A stretch of 30,547 nucleotides of DNA from a virus (Duplodnaviria > Caudoviricetes): positions 1 through 30,547 of the IMG/VR virus record IMGVR_UViG_3300032270_001941, one strand, 5' to 3'. The notes beneath the pieces were generated by a model, which saw only the letters and a list, made by a program, of their open reading frames with translations, did no database searches and had not been told where the DNA came from. Position numbers and translations under genes: made by a program. Shown piece after piece: positions 8,629 through 16,863 of this stretch. Every line of letters begins with the position of its first letter. Within the stretch, counting starts at the first letter, position 1.

Positions 8629-9491
8629 TAGTTCATGCTCTCTACTAATTTCCATGCTGCAGAATCCTTGGAAATGTTTATTGATGATAAATATTCTGCA
8701 AAGTCATTTCGGAGAGATGGCATATAAACGTTGGTTGCTGTCTTTGACAGCTCTGGTTCCTGCACGGGGTCAACAATGTGTTCGTTGACTTCTTTGTTGG
8801 GTGTTCCGTGTGAGTACCAACCAAGATAAGAATATCTACTTCCATATGTAACCGGTGTTACTTCATGCGCAGCAATATAGTTAGAAGGGAACATTAGTAT
8901 GTCACCGGTCCTAGGAGTGTAATCTATGTCTAGATAGTTGAAGTAATGATGACCGCCATCAAAGTCCTCGTTTAAGTAAACAACGCAAGACACAGTGTTT
9001 CTTGTTGCAAGCTGGTCACTTGGTTGTGGATAGCCGTATGCATAGTCTGCACTTGTGTCTGAGTGACTCCCAAGAAACTCGCCACCATATTCTGTTGAAT
9101 ACGAGACAAGATGTCCTTTTACCTTCCACCAGACATTTTTGTAAGCCAATGGAAATAAAACAAAATACTTTAGTAAGTATTCGTCTTTTGATAACTCGAC
9201 AAAATCCAAAAATGCTCGTATCTCTTTATCTTCTGTTCTATGAATCTGTGAACCTCTGCGTGGCATTTTGTTAACGCCATCAGCATCAAATATGTATCCG
9301 CTTTTATTGAGGAAAGCCGGCTCTCCTGTTTCGGGGTTTGTGGTTGGAGTGTACATTTCTGATCGTTCTTTGCTTATTTGGGCTTCAGCAAAATCGGTTA
9401 CCCATTTAGAGTCAAACTCAATGGCACCCCTGAATACAACCACGCCTCCGCCAAGATGCTCTCCCTCAACGTTTTTGTATATAGCGTCCAT
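8628..9491 (-). CDS. Prolyl-4-hydroxylase-like Fe(II)/2OG oxygenase
   Basis: HSD...YLNEDFDGG...HEVTPVTYGSRY. Confidence 0.85.
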   Translation of the reverse strand: MDAIYKNVEGEHLGGGVVVFRGAIEFDSKWVTDFAEAQISKERSEMYTPTTNPETGEPAFLNKSGYIFDADGVNKMPRRGSQIHRTEDKEIRAFLDFVELSKDEYLLKYFVLFPLAYKNVWWKVKGHLVSYSTEYGGEFLGSHSDTSADYAYGYPQPSDQLATRNTVSCVVYLNEDFDGGHHYFNYLDIDYTPRTGDILMFPSNYIAAHEVTPVTYGSRYSYLGWYSHGTPNKEVNEHIVDPVQEPELSKTATNVYMPSLRNDFAEYLSSINISKDSAAWKLVESMN

Positions 9492-9508
9492 GTGTGTATA
9501 ATAACACC
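9492..9508. promoter_or_regulatory. Putative bidirectional leaderless promoter
   Basis: Plus TATAAT 9497-9502, 6 nt, ATG 9509; minus TATTAT 9503-9498, 6 nt, ATG 9491. Confidence 0.7.
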
Positions 9509-9793
9509 ATGGAGCATCTTGAAATAACTAACGATTTAGCCAATAGAGAAGACATGGGTTTCTATATGTGGCAAGACGTAACCCTGCCAAGGTTGATTGA
9601 AGATAAGTACTACACAAAAGGGCGAACCGGAGCAGAGGCTTTGGCTGCATTTTGGAAAGATGTAGCAGAAGGAAAACTGCCAGAATTGATGAAAGAGATA
9701 GACGCACCTGAAGAACTTGGGGTGTGTCATGGTGCCAGTACCCTTGCAAAGCATTTCTTCCAAGCGGGAAAGATTTATCTAGTCAGAGAGTAG
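9509..9793 (+). CDS. Hypothetical protein
   Basis: 94-codon ORF that fills the gap between two minus-strand genes; -10 box upstream of ATG 9509; no motif recognised. Confidence 0.65.
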   Translation: MEHLEITNDLANREDMGFYMWQDVTLPRLIEDKYYTKGRTGAEALAAFWKDVAEGKLPELMKEIDAPEELGVCHGASTLAKHFFQAGKIYLVRE

Positions 9794-10636
9794 TTAGTAA
9801 CCTTTGTGGTCATCTGCTCTATTTCTATAGGCAGATAGCTCGCATGGAATGTTTTCGCCGTACTTCTTGTCTAGGTGGTTTCCAAAATCTTCAATAATTG
9901 TTTCCATCCACCATTGCCCACCAGATTGGTATGTCCCATCTGGGGTCATTGGTGAAATGCCGCTATCGGTTGTTCCTGTTCCCTGAGCAAACCAAGAAAG
10001 ATACGAGTACCTGGAACCACTAGTCACTTGATGGATTTCGTGAGCGCCAAGATAGTTGGCTGGCATCAAGAGTATCGAGCCAGTTTTTGGCTTGATGTCA
10101 ATATCAAAATAAGGGATTGTCATATTTCCGCCAGTAAAAGCGTACGGAACATCATCCTCCGTGCAGTCGTTGAAATAAACAAGTGCAGACAATACGTTCC
10201 TTGTTGCATGTTCTTTCTGTGGGGCCGCACCGTATCTATAGTTAACATCGTTGTCGCAGTGAAAACCCAAGTTTGCACCTTCATCGTAACAGAGAACATG
10301 CCCACCGCTTCTCCACCATAGGCACTGGAGAATTGCAGGGAATATCTCTATATAGTGAAGCAACGCTTCGTAAACAGCTTCGTCACACTTTTGAAAGAAT
10401 GAATGCTCAAGCTCTTGAATCCTTACAGGAGAAGCATTCATCGATTCTATCGAATAGATAAACCCACCCTTATTTACAGCGTGAACTGGTTTTCCATCTT
10501 CACCATATACGATGTCAAAGTTCTCTGCTCGCCACTTGTCTTTTTCTTTTTCAAGATAAGAAATCAGTGATTCTTGTGGAATATCTATTGCGTTCTCAAA
10601 TAGAACAGTTCCACCGCCAAGGTTTATCGGGTTCAT
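9794..10636 (-). CDS. Prolyl-4-hydroxylase-like Fe(II)/2OG oxygenase
   Basis: HCD...YFND...GGNM...HEIHQVTSGSRY; ATGA overlap with the upstream gene. Confidence 0.85.
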   Translation of the reverse strand: MNPINLGGGTVLFENAIDIPQESLISYLEKEKDKWRAENFDIVYGEDGKPVHAVNKGGFIYSIESMNASPVRIQELEHSFFQKCDEAVYEALLHYIEIFPAILQCLWWRSGGHVLCYDEGANLGFHCDNDVNYRYGAAPQKEHATRNVLSALVYFNDCTEDDVPYAFTGGNMTIPYFDIDIKPKTGSILLMPANYLGAHEIHQVTSGSRYSYLSWFAQGTGTTDSGISPMTPDGTYQSGGQWWMETIIEDFGNHLDKKYGENIPCELSAYRNRADDHKGY

Positions 10637-11250
10637 GGGATATCCAGCGCAATCTTTATTGATGACTTTATTGTGTCATGCGAGTCTAGTGTTTCAGATT
10701 CATCGGCAAGAGGAGAAGAGGAAAATCTAAACCTCATAAGTGTTCTGCCATTCTTGCCGATTATGAATTTCTCGTAATTTGATGGCACTCGGTTAATTGT
10801 CTCGTTTGCAAGACTCTGACCCATTTGTGCGCTGTGACTCATATCCGCCATAGTGTCGTTATGTCGTCGTTTCGTATTTCCTTTGACAAAAGTAAAGACC
10901 TGATGCTCGTTGTCACCATTGACTTCAATCTTTTCCGATATTGGAAAAGTGACAAATGGATAATTATATTTAATGAACTTGTGTATTTCTTCGTTCCCAA
11001 GTGGTTCCATGCCGTAGAACTGATTGCACGGAAATCCAACTACTGAAAAATTTTCAAACATCTCGTGTACCCGCTGCAACTCCCACATCTTCTCAGATGT
11101 CCTAGCGTAAGACCAGAGTTTTGAACACTTCGGTTCATAGCCGGCTTTAGTTGCAATGTTTACAAACATACATACCTTCCCCTTAAGGCTTGAGAGCATG
11201 TCTTCTCGTCCGTCAATTGATTTTATGCCGATGTCGTAAACCGATTCCAT
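10633..11250 (-). CDS. Glutathione peroxidase-fold protein lacking the canonical peroxidatic Cys
   Basis: LKGKVCMFVNIATKAG, VVGFPCNQFYGMEP, VTFPISEKIEVNG...H.VF, NYEKFIIGKNG. Confidence 0.85.
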   Translation of the reverse strand: MESVYDIGIKSIDGREDMLSSLKGKVCMFVNIATKAGYEPKCSKLWSYARTSEKMWELQRVHEMFENFSVVGFPCNQFYGMEPLGNEEIHKFIKYNYPFVTFPISEKIEVNGDNEHQVFTFVKGNTKRRHNDTMADMSHSAQMGQSLANETINRVPSNYEKFIIGKNGRTLMRFRFSSSPLADESETLDSHDTIKSSIKIALDIP

Positions 11251-12242
11251 TAGTATTTAGAACCTTCAAAATCGACAACCGTATGTTCACCAACAAAAGC
11301 CTTGCCAAATATTTTGCTTCCATCTATGGTTGCTTTCAATGACACCTGGGTTTCCATTGGTGCGATTATATTGAACCTACCTACAAAGGAGTTGTTGTTG
11401 TATTCAAAATCTTTTGACAAAGAACTCCCACGTGGAGCAGAGATTGTTTTGGCATCCCGATATTCAGATAATTCTGCCGTGTCATCAATCACCTCAAGGG
11501 TGTAATGCTCGGTGCCAAATGGTGTAAAAACATTAAGTTTGTACTTGTCGGGAAATATGTATTGCGGTTCCTCGTAATGAAAAGAACCATTTGATATTGC
11601 CTTTGGGGGGCACTCTTTGTGCCACAGGTTTATAACCAGCACGCTTCGCTTCCCAGTAATTACCGGAGTTGTTCCGTGGACTGTGTGGCCGGCGTCAAAC
11701 ATTACCAACCTGTTTGGCGTACATGCAATCCTTTCGCGCTCTTCAATCGGAGAATCCTGTATTCCCTCAAGACCGTCTTGGGTTCCATTGGGAACAAATG
11801 TTTTATGTATTTCTAGATACCCACCCTCAACACCCGTATTGATGTGCGGATAATAAACAGAACCCCAGTACGGACCATTGAGTATTTTTGTTTCTGCATA
11901 CTCAAAAGTATCCTCATCTAGGTGTGTCGGAAGATTTTGTCCAACTTCAAAAGTCCTAGCCCAATACTCAAAACCTATTACATCCTGCTCTTTGCATGGC
12001 ATGTTTGGTTTCCAGATTGCCTCAATAATCATCTTTGCTGTTGTGTCAGCTCTGCTATTCCACCAACCATCCCAGAACATGTAAGGCGCAAACACCTTTG
12101 CTCCCGGTTCATGGTACTGGTTTAGTCGAGAACCAATACCTTCATCAAACCCCATGGAGTTCGGAAACAGCTTCTTGTCATTTCTTATCAAAGAAAGCAG
12201 ATTTTCGTCTTTTATGTAATCATCAATTACAAGCATGATCAC
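11250..12242 (-). CDS. Fe(II)/2OG oxygenase with extra C-terminal beta-rich domain
   Basis: EYW...HLD...GSVYYP...GGYL...PNRLVMFD...HGTTPVITGKR...INLW, followed by about 100 extra residues. Confidence 0.8.
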   Translation of the reverse strand: MIMLVIDDYIKDENLLSLIRNDKKLFPNSMGFDEGIGSRLNQYHEPGAKVFAPYMFWDGWWNSRADTTAKMIIEAIWKPNMPCKEQDVIGFEYWARTFEVGQNLPTHLDEDTFEYAETKILNGPYWGSVYYPHINTGVEGGYLEIHKTFVPNGTQDGLEGIQDSPIEERERIACTPNRLVMFDAGHTVHGTTPVITGKRSVLVINLWHKECPPKAISNGSFHYEEPQYIFPDKYKLNVFTPFGTEHYTLEVIDDTAELSEYRDAKTISAPRGSSLSKDFEYNNNSFVGRFNIIAPMETQVSLKATIDGSKIFGKAFVGEHTVVDFEGSKY

Positions 12243-13039
12243 ACGGCACTTCCTGAATAATCGGACTTGTAATAAGAATCCCAGTCAATGTTTTGATCTG
12301 GTTTCTTTTTGATTATGGTAAAGCCATAATACAGGGGTACATGGTACATGTAGCAGTCATCCCTGTATTTGATATCCTCGTGAAACTCCCATATACCAGA
12401 TGCATTGGTTTTATCAACATACAGAAAATTAGCATCCGAAACATTTTGCAGTACCAACACTCCACCCGGAGCGAGCATGTCAAGCCAGGCGTTGGTGCCA
12501 ATAAGATAATTTTCTACATCCATATTCCAAAGGGTTATATAGTCAAACTTATTTTTAGATTCATCTAATTCTAAAACATCAAGCACGTCGTAATCGAAGT
12601 TGTCAAATGTTCCATAAATTGGCTTCATGAATTTTTCAAACAATAAAAGATGTTTGTTATTTAGAGTAGTTACTTTTGAGTTGAATCTTTTTTGTGCATC
12701 ATAGATGCGGTTGCACTCTAAATCCAAAGATGAAACAAGTATTGATTTTGGTGATATAAGGCTGAATATCATTTCTTGGAACACTGGAGGAATCCACATT
12801 GATGTTTCAGTTGTCTCCGGAGGATCCACAAATGGGAACCATCCACCTATTTCAAGGTCTCCGCCTCCGGTAGCCACAATTCTTGGATCAGCTTCAGATT
12901 CTCCAAATATAAAATGAATTATTTTACTTGCGCATTTCCTTGATACATCTTTCAGGAAATTATGGTTATCCATTCCGGATGCAGAAGTTTTAGAAAATCC
13001 AACCGTTCTATCGCCTTTAAACTTTTCAGCTTTTGCCAT
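12239..13039 (-). CDS. Divergent class I SAM-dependent methyltransferase-like protein
   Basis: KFDYI...LDMLAPGGVLVLQN resembles motifs II/III; no clear GxGxG motif I. ATG 13039 preferred. Confidence 0.5.
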   Translation of the reverse strand: MAKAEKFKGDRTVGFSKTSASGMDNHNFLKDVSRKCASKIIHFIFGESEADPRIVATGGGDLEIGGWFPFVDPPETTETSMWIPPVFQEMIFSLISPKSILVSSLDLECNRIYDAQKRFNSKVTTLNNKHLLLFEKFMKPIYGTFDNFDYDVLDVLELDESKNKFDYITLWNMDVENYLIGTNAWLDMLAPGGVLVLQNVSDANFLYVDKTNASGIWEFHEDIKYRDDCYMYHVPLYYGFTIIKKKPDQNIDWDSYYKSDYSGSAV

Positions 13040-13328
13040 GATCCACCATATATTTCGCAATGTGTCTATTGTGATGAAAGCGTCTTGCCATTCTGCTCAA
13101 TATAAGATTTTGTTTTTTGACAAACTCGTCTGAAGCGATGTACGTCTGGGTTCCTTCTCCGCGAGTGGTTAGTTCATGCTTGTACTTGTACGTATTCCGA
13201 ATTGCGTTAATTGCGTCATCAATTGAAGCATTTTGCAATTCTTCATCCGTAAATCCAAGGATGTACAACACAGACATAAAGCCCACATCGTTGTATCTGT
13301 AATCGGAATGAGGATCGTACTTATTCAT
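13026..13328 (-). CDS. Hypothetical protein
   Basis: ORF tiles with both neighbours; ATG 13328 overlaps the end of the upstream gene. Confidence 0.6.
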   Translation of the reverse strand: MNKYDPHSDYRYNDVGFMSVLYILGFTDEELQNASIDDAINAIRNTYKYKHELTTRGEGTQTYIASDEFVKKQNLILSRMARRFHHNRHIAKYMVDHGKS

Positions 13329-13503
13329 CTTCGCCTTCATCAACAAACTGAGAATAAAAAAAACAATCAACGGTTCCATGGCCCCCGCTTATTATCCACG
13401 AACCAGATTTTTCGTCCCAGGTAAGTGTTTCGTTATTGATCGCTTTTACGTCAGTTGGTTCTGAGCCAAGTAACTGACTTTCGCTTGGAATCTCATTTGA
13501 CAT
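13321..13503 (-). CDS. Small acidic hypothetical protein (60 aa)
   Basis: Tiles between neighbours with short overlaps at both ends. Confidence 0.55.
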   Translation of the reverse strand: MSNEIPSESQLLGSEPTDVKAINNETLTWDEKSGSWIISGGHGTVDCFFYSQFVDEGEDE

Positions 13504-13705
13504 TTTTCAATTTCTCCAAGCTTTTCAATTCAGACAGGAGACACCTGTATGATTCGTACGGCAACTCTGATGGATCAAATGGGTTTATGGAATCTGAAGT
13601 TATATCGCTTGGATTGACGCCAAATATCATGGAAAGCGTTTCAATTGAACTCTCAAGAAACACAATTGCTTTCTGTCTAGCAATAGCTCTATTGTTTTCA
13701 TCCAT
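13493..13705 (-). CDS. Small hypothetical protein
   Basis: ATG 13705 overlaps the end of the DUF6065-like gene; about 70 aa. Confidence 0.6.
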   Translation of the reverse strand: MDENNRAIARQKAIVFLESSIETLSMIFGVNPSDITSDSINPFDPSELPYESYRCLLSELKSLEKLKNVK

Positions 13706-14402
13706 TATTGGGTTCCTGAAGTTTTGGTAATCCTGTAGTCGTTGGCCCAATTCTAACACCATCTGCATCAAGACCAGTTCTTATGCCTTTTGTCCAAGTC
13801 CAAGGCTTCTCTTGGTTATTCTTCATCTTCAAGTCCCCATATTTCTGACGAGAATCCATGAGTTCCTTATCGTCCCACATGTTTTTTACTTCGAAATCAA
13901 CGTTCTCCAACACGGTGCTGTCAAACATTGTGAAGAACATAAATGGCATTCCTTCAGGAAAAACTGTTTTGCCTGTTTTTGTTAGTTTCCAGTTCATTTG
14001 AAACTCATCAGGCCACCAACTGCTTGGGATGATTGCTGATAGCGGAACCGCTCCATCTAATACGTAATTTGGAGAACCACCAATCCATGTTTCGTATCCT
14101 GGCTCTGTTCCGAATATCCACCCAGTTGAAAATGAGACCATGCCTATTATTCCACCATAGGCAATATCTCTGCCCTCGAATTGCCCACCTTCAAGAATCT
14201 TTGCATTTGTATTTCCGCCATCCCACTCGACAATGACATCATGCGGAAGAATCAACTCCCAACCGTAGACATTTGCGTATGTCATTGGCAGGCATTGATA
14301 AGCATGTTTCTTGTATGTTTGATCCATCCATTCTCTCTGGATCCTGGATTGTCTTATGTCAACTGTTTTTTGTGTTGATTTTGTGAGAGTAAATTTTGGC
14401 AT
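13698..14402 (-). CDS. DUF6065-like protein
   Basis: R.WMD...HAYQCLPM..AN..GWEL..P...W.GG, G.PN...G..PL..II...W...F.MNW; ATG 14402 preferred to TTG 14438. Confidence 0.7.
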   Translation of the reverse strand: MPKFTLTKSTQKTVDIRQSRIQREWMDQTYKKHAYQCLPMTYANVYGWELILPHDVIVEWDGGNTNAKILEGGQFEGRDIAYGGIIGMVSFSTGWIFGTEPGYETWIGGSPNYVLDGAVPLSAIIPSSWWPDEFQMNWKLTKTGKTVFPEGMPFMFFTMFDSTVLENVDFEVKNMWDDKELMDSRQKYGDLKMKNNQEKPWTWTKGIRTGLDADGVRIGPTTTGLPKLQEPNNG

Positions 14403-14418
14403 TTTAAATCCATTCAAA

Positions 14419-14907
14419 TTAAGTTTTTTGAAATACAAAACTTGTCATATAGTAGCGAGCTACGTCGGCGTCAAATGAAGATACAAAATGGCTAATATCA
14501 CCGCTATGTACTACTAGTTTTCCAGGTTTTGGTTTTACTGCAAGTTTTTGTTTTGGGTAAACTAAATAACCGCCAATGAAATTATCATTCAAATACAAAA
14601 TAGTTGAAAATTTTATACTTGAATTCCCATCCGTGTCTGCATGCAGGTCAAGACCATTGCCGTGAAGCGCTCTTTGTACTGCGTTAAATCTTCTCAGATA
14701 ATATTTCTCCTGGTTAAACAATGATTCAATTTTGTCATAAACAGAATTTAGCAAATCGTTTTCGCTGAAATAGTGTTCAGTTATTTCTGGTCTATCCCCA
14801 CGCCATTTTTTGCCACTAGTCTCCATGTGGTCAATCAAGACGCGACAATATTCTTCGCTCAAAAATCCTTCTAATTCAAGAATTCCGTCAAGCCAATCAA
14901 TGCGCAC
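14419..14907 (-). CDS. Short prolyl-4-hydroxylase-like Fe(II)/2OG oxygenase
   Basis: HAD...ILYLNDNFIGG.L.YP...KPKPG...HFV...RY. Confidence 0.8.
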   Translation of the reverse strand: MRIDWLDGILELEGFLSEEYCRVLIDHMETSGKKWRGDRPEITEHYFSENDLLNSVYDKIESLFNQEKYYLRRFNAVQRALHGNGLDLHADTDGNSSIKFSTILYLNDNFIGGYLVYPKQKLAVKPKPGKLVVHSGDISHFVSSFDADVARYYMTSFVFQKT

Positions 14908-14913
14908 AAAAAG

Positions 14914-14919
14914 ATACTA
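14914..14919 (-). promoter_or_regulatory. Putative -10 element, leaderless
   Basis: TAGTAT, 6 nt, GTG 14907; no SD. Confidence 0.55.
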
Positions 14920-14955
14920 CATCTGATATTGTCCTATTTTGACTAAGGAGAGTAA

Positions 14956-15558
14956 ATGTACTGGAACGGACCAGGCAGTGAATTGCCTCAAAATGTTGAA
15001 TATGGCCCATCGTGCTCAATGGAGGGACAGGATCAGTGGGTATTGAATTTGTTTTCTGGCAAGAGGAATGGGACGTACGTCGAAATTGGTGGAGGTCATC
15101 CCCAATTCGGGAATAATACTTTCTTGCTTGAGAATTCATTTGGGTGGACTGGTTTATCCGTTGAGATAGACGAGGATATGGCTAGGTTGTACAACGAACA
15201 GCGAACCAACCCTTGCATCAATGCAGACGCAATAAGCTTTGACTACTGGTCGTATTTTTCAAATAACCACTTCCCAAAGCGGATTGACTACCTACAGATC
15301 GACATTGACGACAAACCAGCGAACGCAAATCTTCTTGGTTTGATCGCCCTGCCGCTAGCCGAGTATAGGTTCTCGACAATAACTATCGAGCATGGATGTA
15401 TCACCAATTATAAAAATTCAGAACTCCGGAGTGCACAAAGAATGATTCTTGATTCATTTGGGTACAGGCTTATAGTTCAAGGGGTTAATGAAGACTGGTG
15501 GATTGACCAATCAGTTGTTCCTTATGAAAAATATGGGTATCAATTTAGGATTGATTGA
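14956..15558 (+). CDS. FkbM-like (Methyltransf_21) methyltransferase
   Basis: GQD..V...F..K.NG.YVEIG......NNT..LE...GW.G..VE...IDYLQIDID; TAAGGAG RBS. Confidence 0.8.
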   Translation: MYWNGPGSELPQNVEYGPSCSMEGQDQWVLNLFSGKRNGTYVEIGGGHPQFGNNTFLLENSFGWTGLSVEIDEDMARLYNEQRTNPCINADAISFDYWSYFSNNHFPKRIDYLQIDIDDKPANANLLGLIALPLAEYRFSTITIEHGCITNYKNSELRSAQRMILDSFGYRLIVQGVNEDWWIDQSVVPYEKYGYQFRID

Positions 15559-16120
15559 GTTTTTGTTTTTGCGCTTCCGCTATATCCAGAACCACATATT
15601 TTGCCGGTGGTTGACATTCATTGATTACCCAGAAGTCGTCAGTATGAAGACGGGCTACATCATTGGACTTGTCTCCACTTAAGTACATGGTTCTTGGTTC
15701 AAAGTCAGCAAATGCCGGATTGTCTTCATCTGGAATATTTTTGTATTCGCTTAACGGCCAGCCCCTTATTGCTCCATCGACATAGTCAACTTCTGAATTA
15801 TTAAATGCTTCGATAATCCAATCTATGTCGTTTTCACATAACCCGTTGAAATCAACGTAGATACCACGGTACTTGGTGTTTATCGCCATTTCGGCGTAAG
15901 TTCTCCAGTCACCATCTTTTATTATACAAAAAACATAGTTGCAAACATCAAAAAGTTTTTCAGGATTTACAACATCTATAACGCCTGCTTCAATAGCGTT
16001 TTTCTTTGTTATTTCAGACCGCGATTCAGAAGCATGGAAAACTTCGTGTCCGGAATTAATCAGTGAGTGGGCAAGAGTTGCTCCCATTTTACCCATTGAT
16101 ATAACTCCGACGCTTGCCAT
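15545..16120 (-). CDS. NAD(P)-binding Rossmann protein (6PGD/beta-hydroxyacid dehydrogenase N-terminal domain only)
   Basis: VGVISMGKMG..LA..L...GHEV, IYVDFN, YVDGAIRG.P, MYLSG; 191 aa with no helical C-terminal domain. Confidence 0.7.
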   Translation of the reverse strand: MASVGVISMGKMGATLAHSLINSGHEVFHASESRSEITKKNAIEAGVIDVVNPEKLFDVCNYVFCIIKDGDWRTYAEMAINTKYRGIYVDFNGLCENDIDWIIEAFNNSEVDYVDGAIRGWPLSEYKNIPDEDNPAFADFEPRTMYLSGDKSNDVARLHTDDFWVINECQPPAKYVVLDIAEAQKQKLNQS

Positions 16121-16773
16121 TAGTAACCCTGTGATTGTCCGTACGTGTAGTGCTCTGGCTTGTGGGTTCTGTCGTTGTAGTCAAACATTGTCACCGCCGC
16201 ATACTTCACTCCGCTTGTAATTGGCTTTGACGCATGAGCATAGATGAATGTCGAAGGAAACAAAACGATGTCGCCATACTCCGGCTTTAGAACTATGTCC
16301 AAATACGGAAACCACAATTCTCCACCCTCGTAGTTATCGTTTAAGTACATCACCGAAGAAACTGTGCAATTGTAAGAAAAACCGTGGTCAGTATGAACGG
16401 CAAAATGTTGACCAACTCCATACTTAACGTAGTTGATCGCTTCCATAAATTCCATATTTATGTTGTATCTACTCTGGTAGTCAACTAAACATTTTCTAAG
16501 ACCATTATTGGTGTCTTCGTAAATTGATTTAATTTCTGAAAATTGTGGAGGGCAGTGCCGCAGGTGGTCAACTCCGATTTTGCAGTCAACACAATCTCTG
16601 TACTCGGGCATTTTTACCGAGTCTCCGACAAGTGCTTCCATCCACATATACGGAGGAGTCTGGCTGTCCCCTATGGTTGACTCAAGCCGATTAACCAGGT
16701 CAAGTTCTTTTGGCAATGCATTCTTGTAAAGAATTATTCCCAACATTGGATTTCCGATATAGACGCTGTTCAT
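16120..16773 (-). CDS. Prolyl-4-hydroxylase-like Fe(II)/2OG oxygenase
   Basis: HTD...YLNDNYEGGELWF...HASKPITSGVKY. Confidence 0.88.
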   Translation of the reverse strand: MNSVYIGNPMLGIILYKNALPKELDLVNRLESTIGDSQTPPYMWMEALVGDSVKMPEYRDCVDCKIGVDHLRHCPPQFSEIKSIYEDTNNGLRKCLVDYQSRYNINMEFMEAINYVKYGVGQHFAVHTDHGFSYNCTVSSVMYLNDNYEGGELWFPYLDIVLKPEYGDIVLFPSTFIYAHASKPITSGVKYAAVTMFDYNDRTHKPEHYTYGQSQGY

Positions 16774-16779
16774 GATTAA

Positions 16780-16785
16780 ATTCTA
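16780..16785 (-). promoter_or_regulatory. Putative -10 element, leaderless
   Basis: TAGAAT, 6 nt, ATG 16773; no SD. Confidence 0.6.
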
Positions 16786-16863
16786 TACATAATCAGTATG
16801 TATATGGCCCCTTTTTGCTAAATCTACGTTTAATAATCAAAAAAAATATTCTTACCGCTTGCA

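Noticed and set aside
10633-11250. Selenocysteine-containing glutathione peroxidase
   Set aside because: The active-site position is GCC (Ala); there is no in-frame TGA in either Gpx-like gene.
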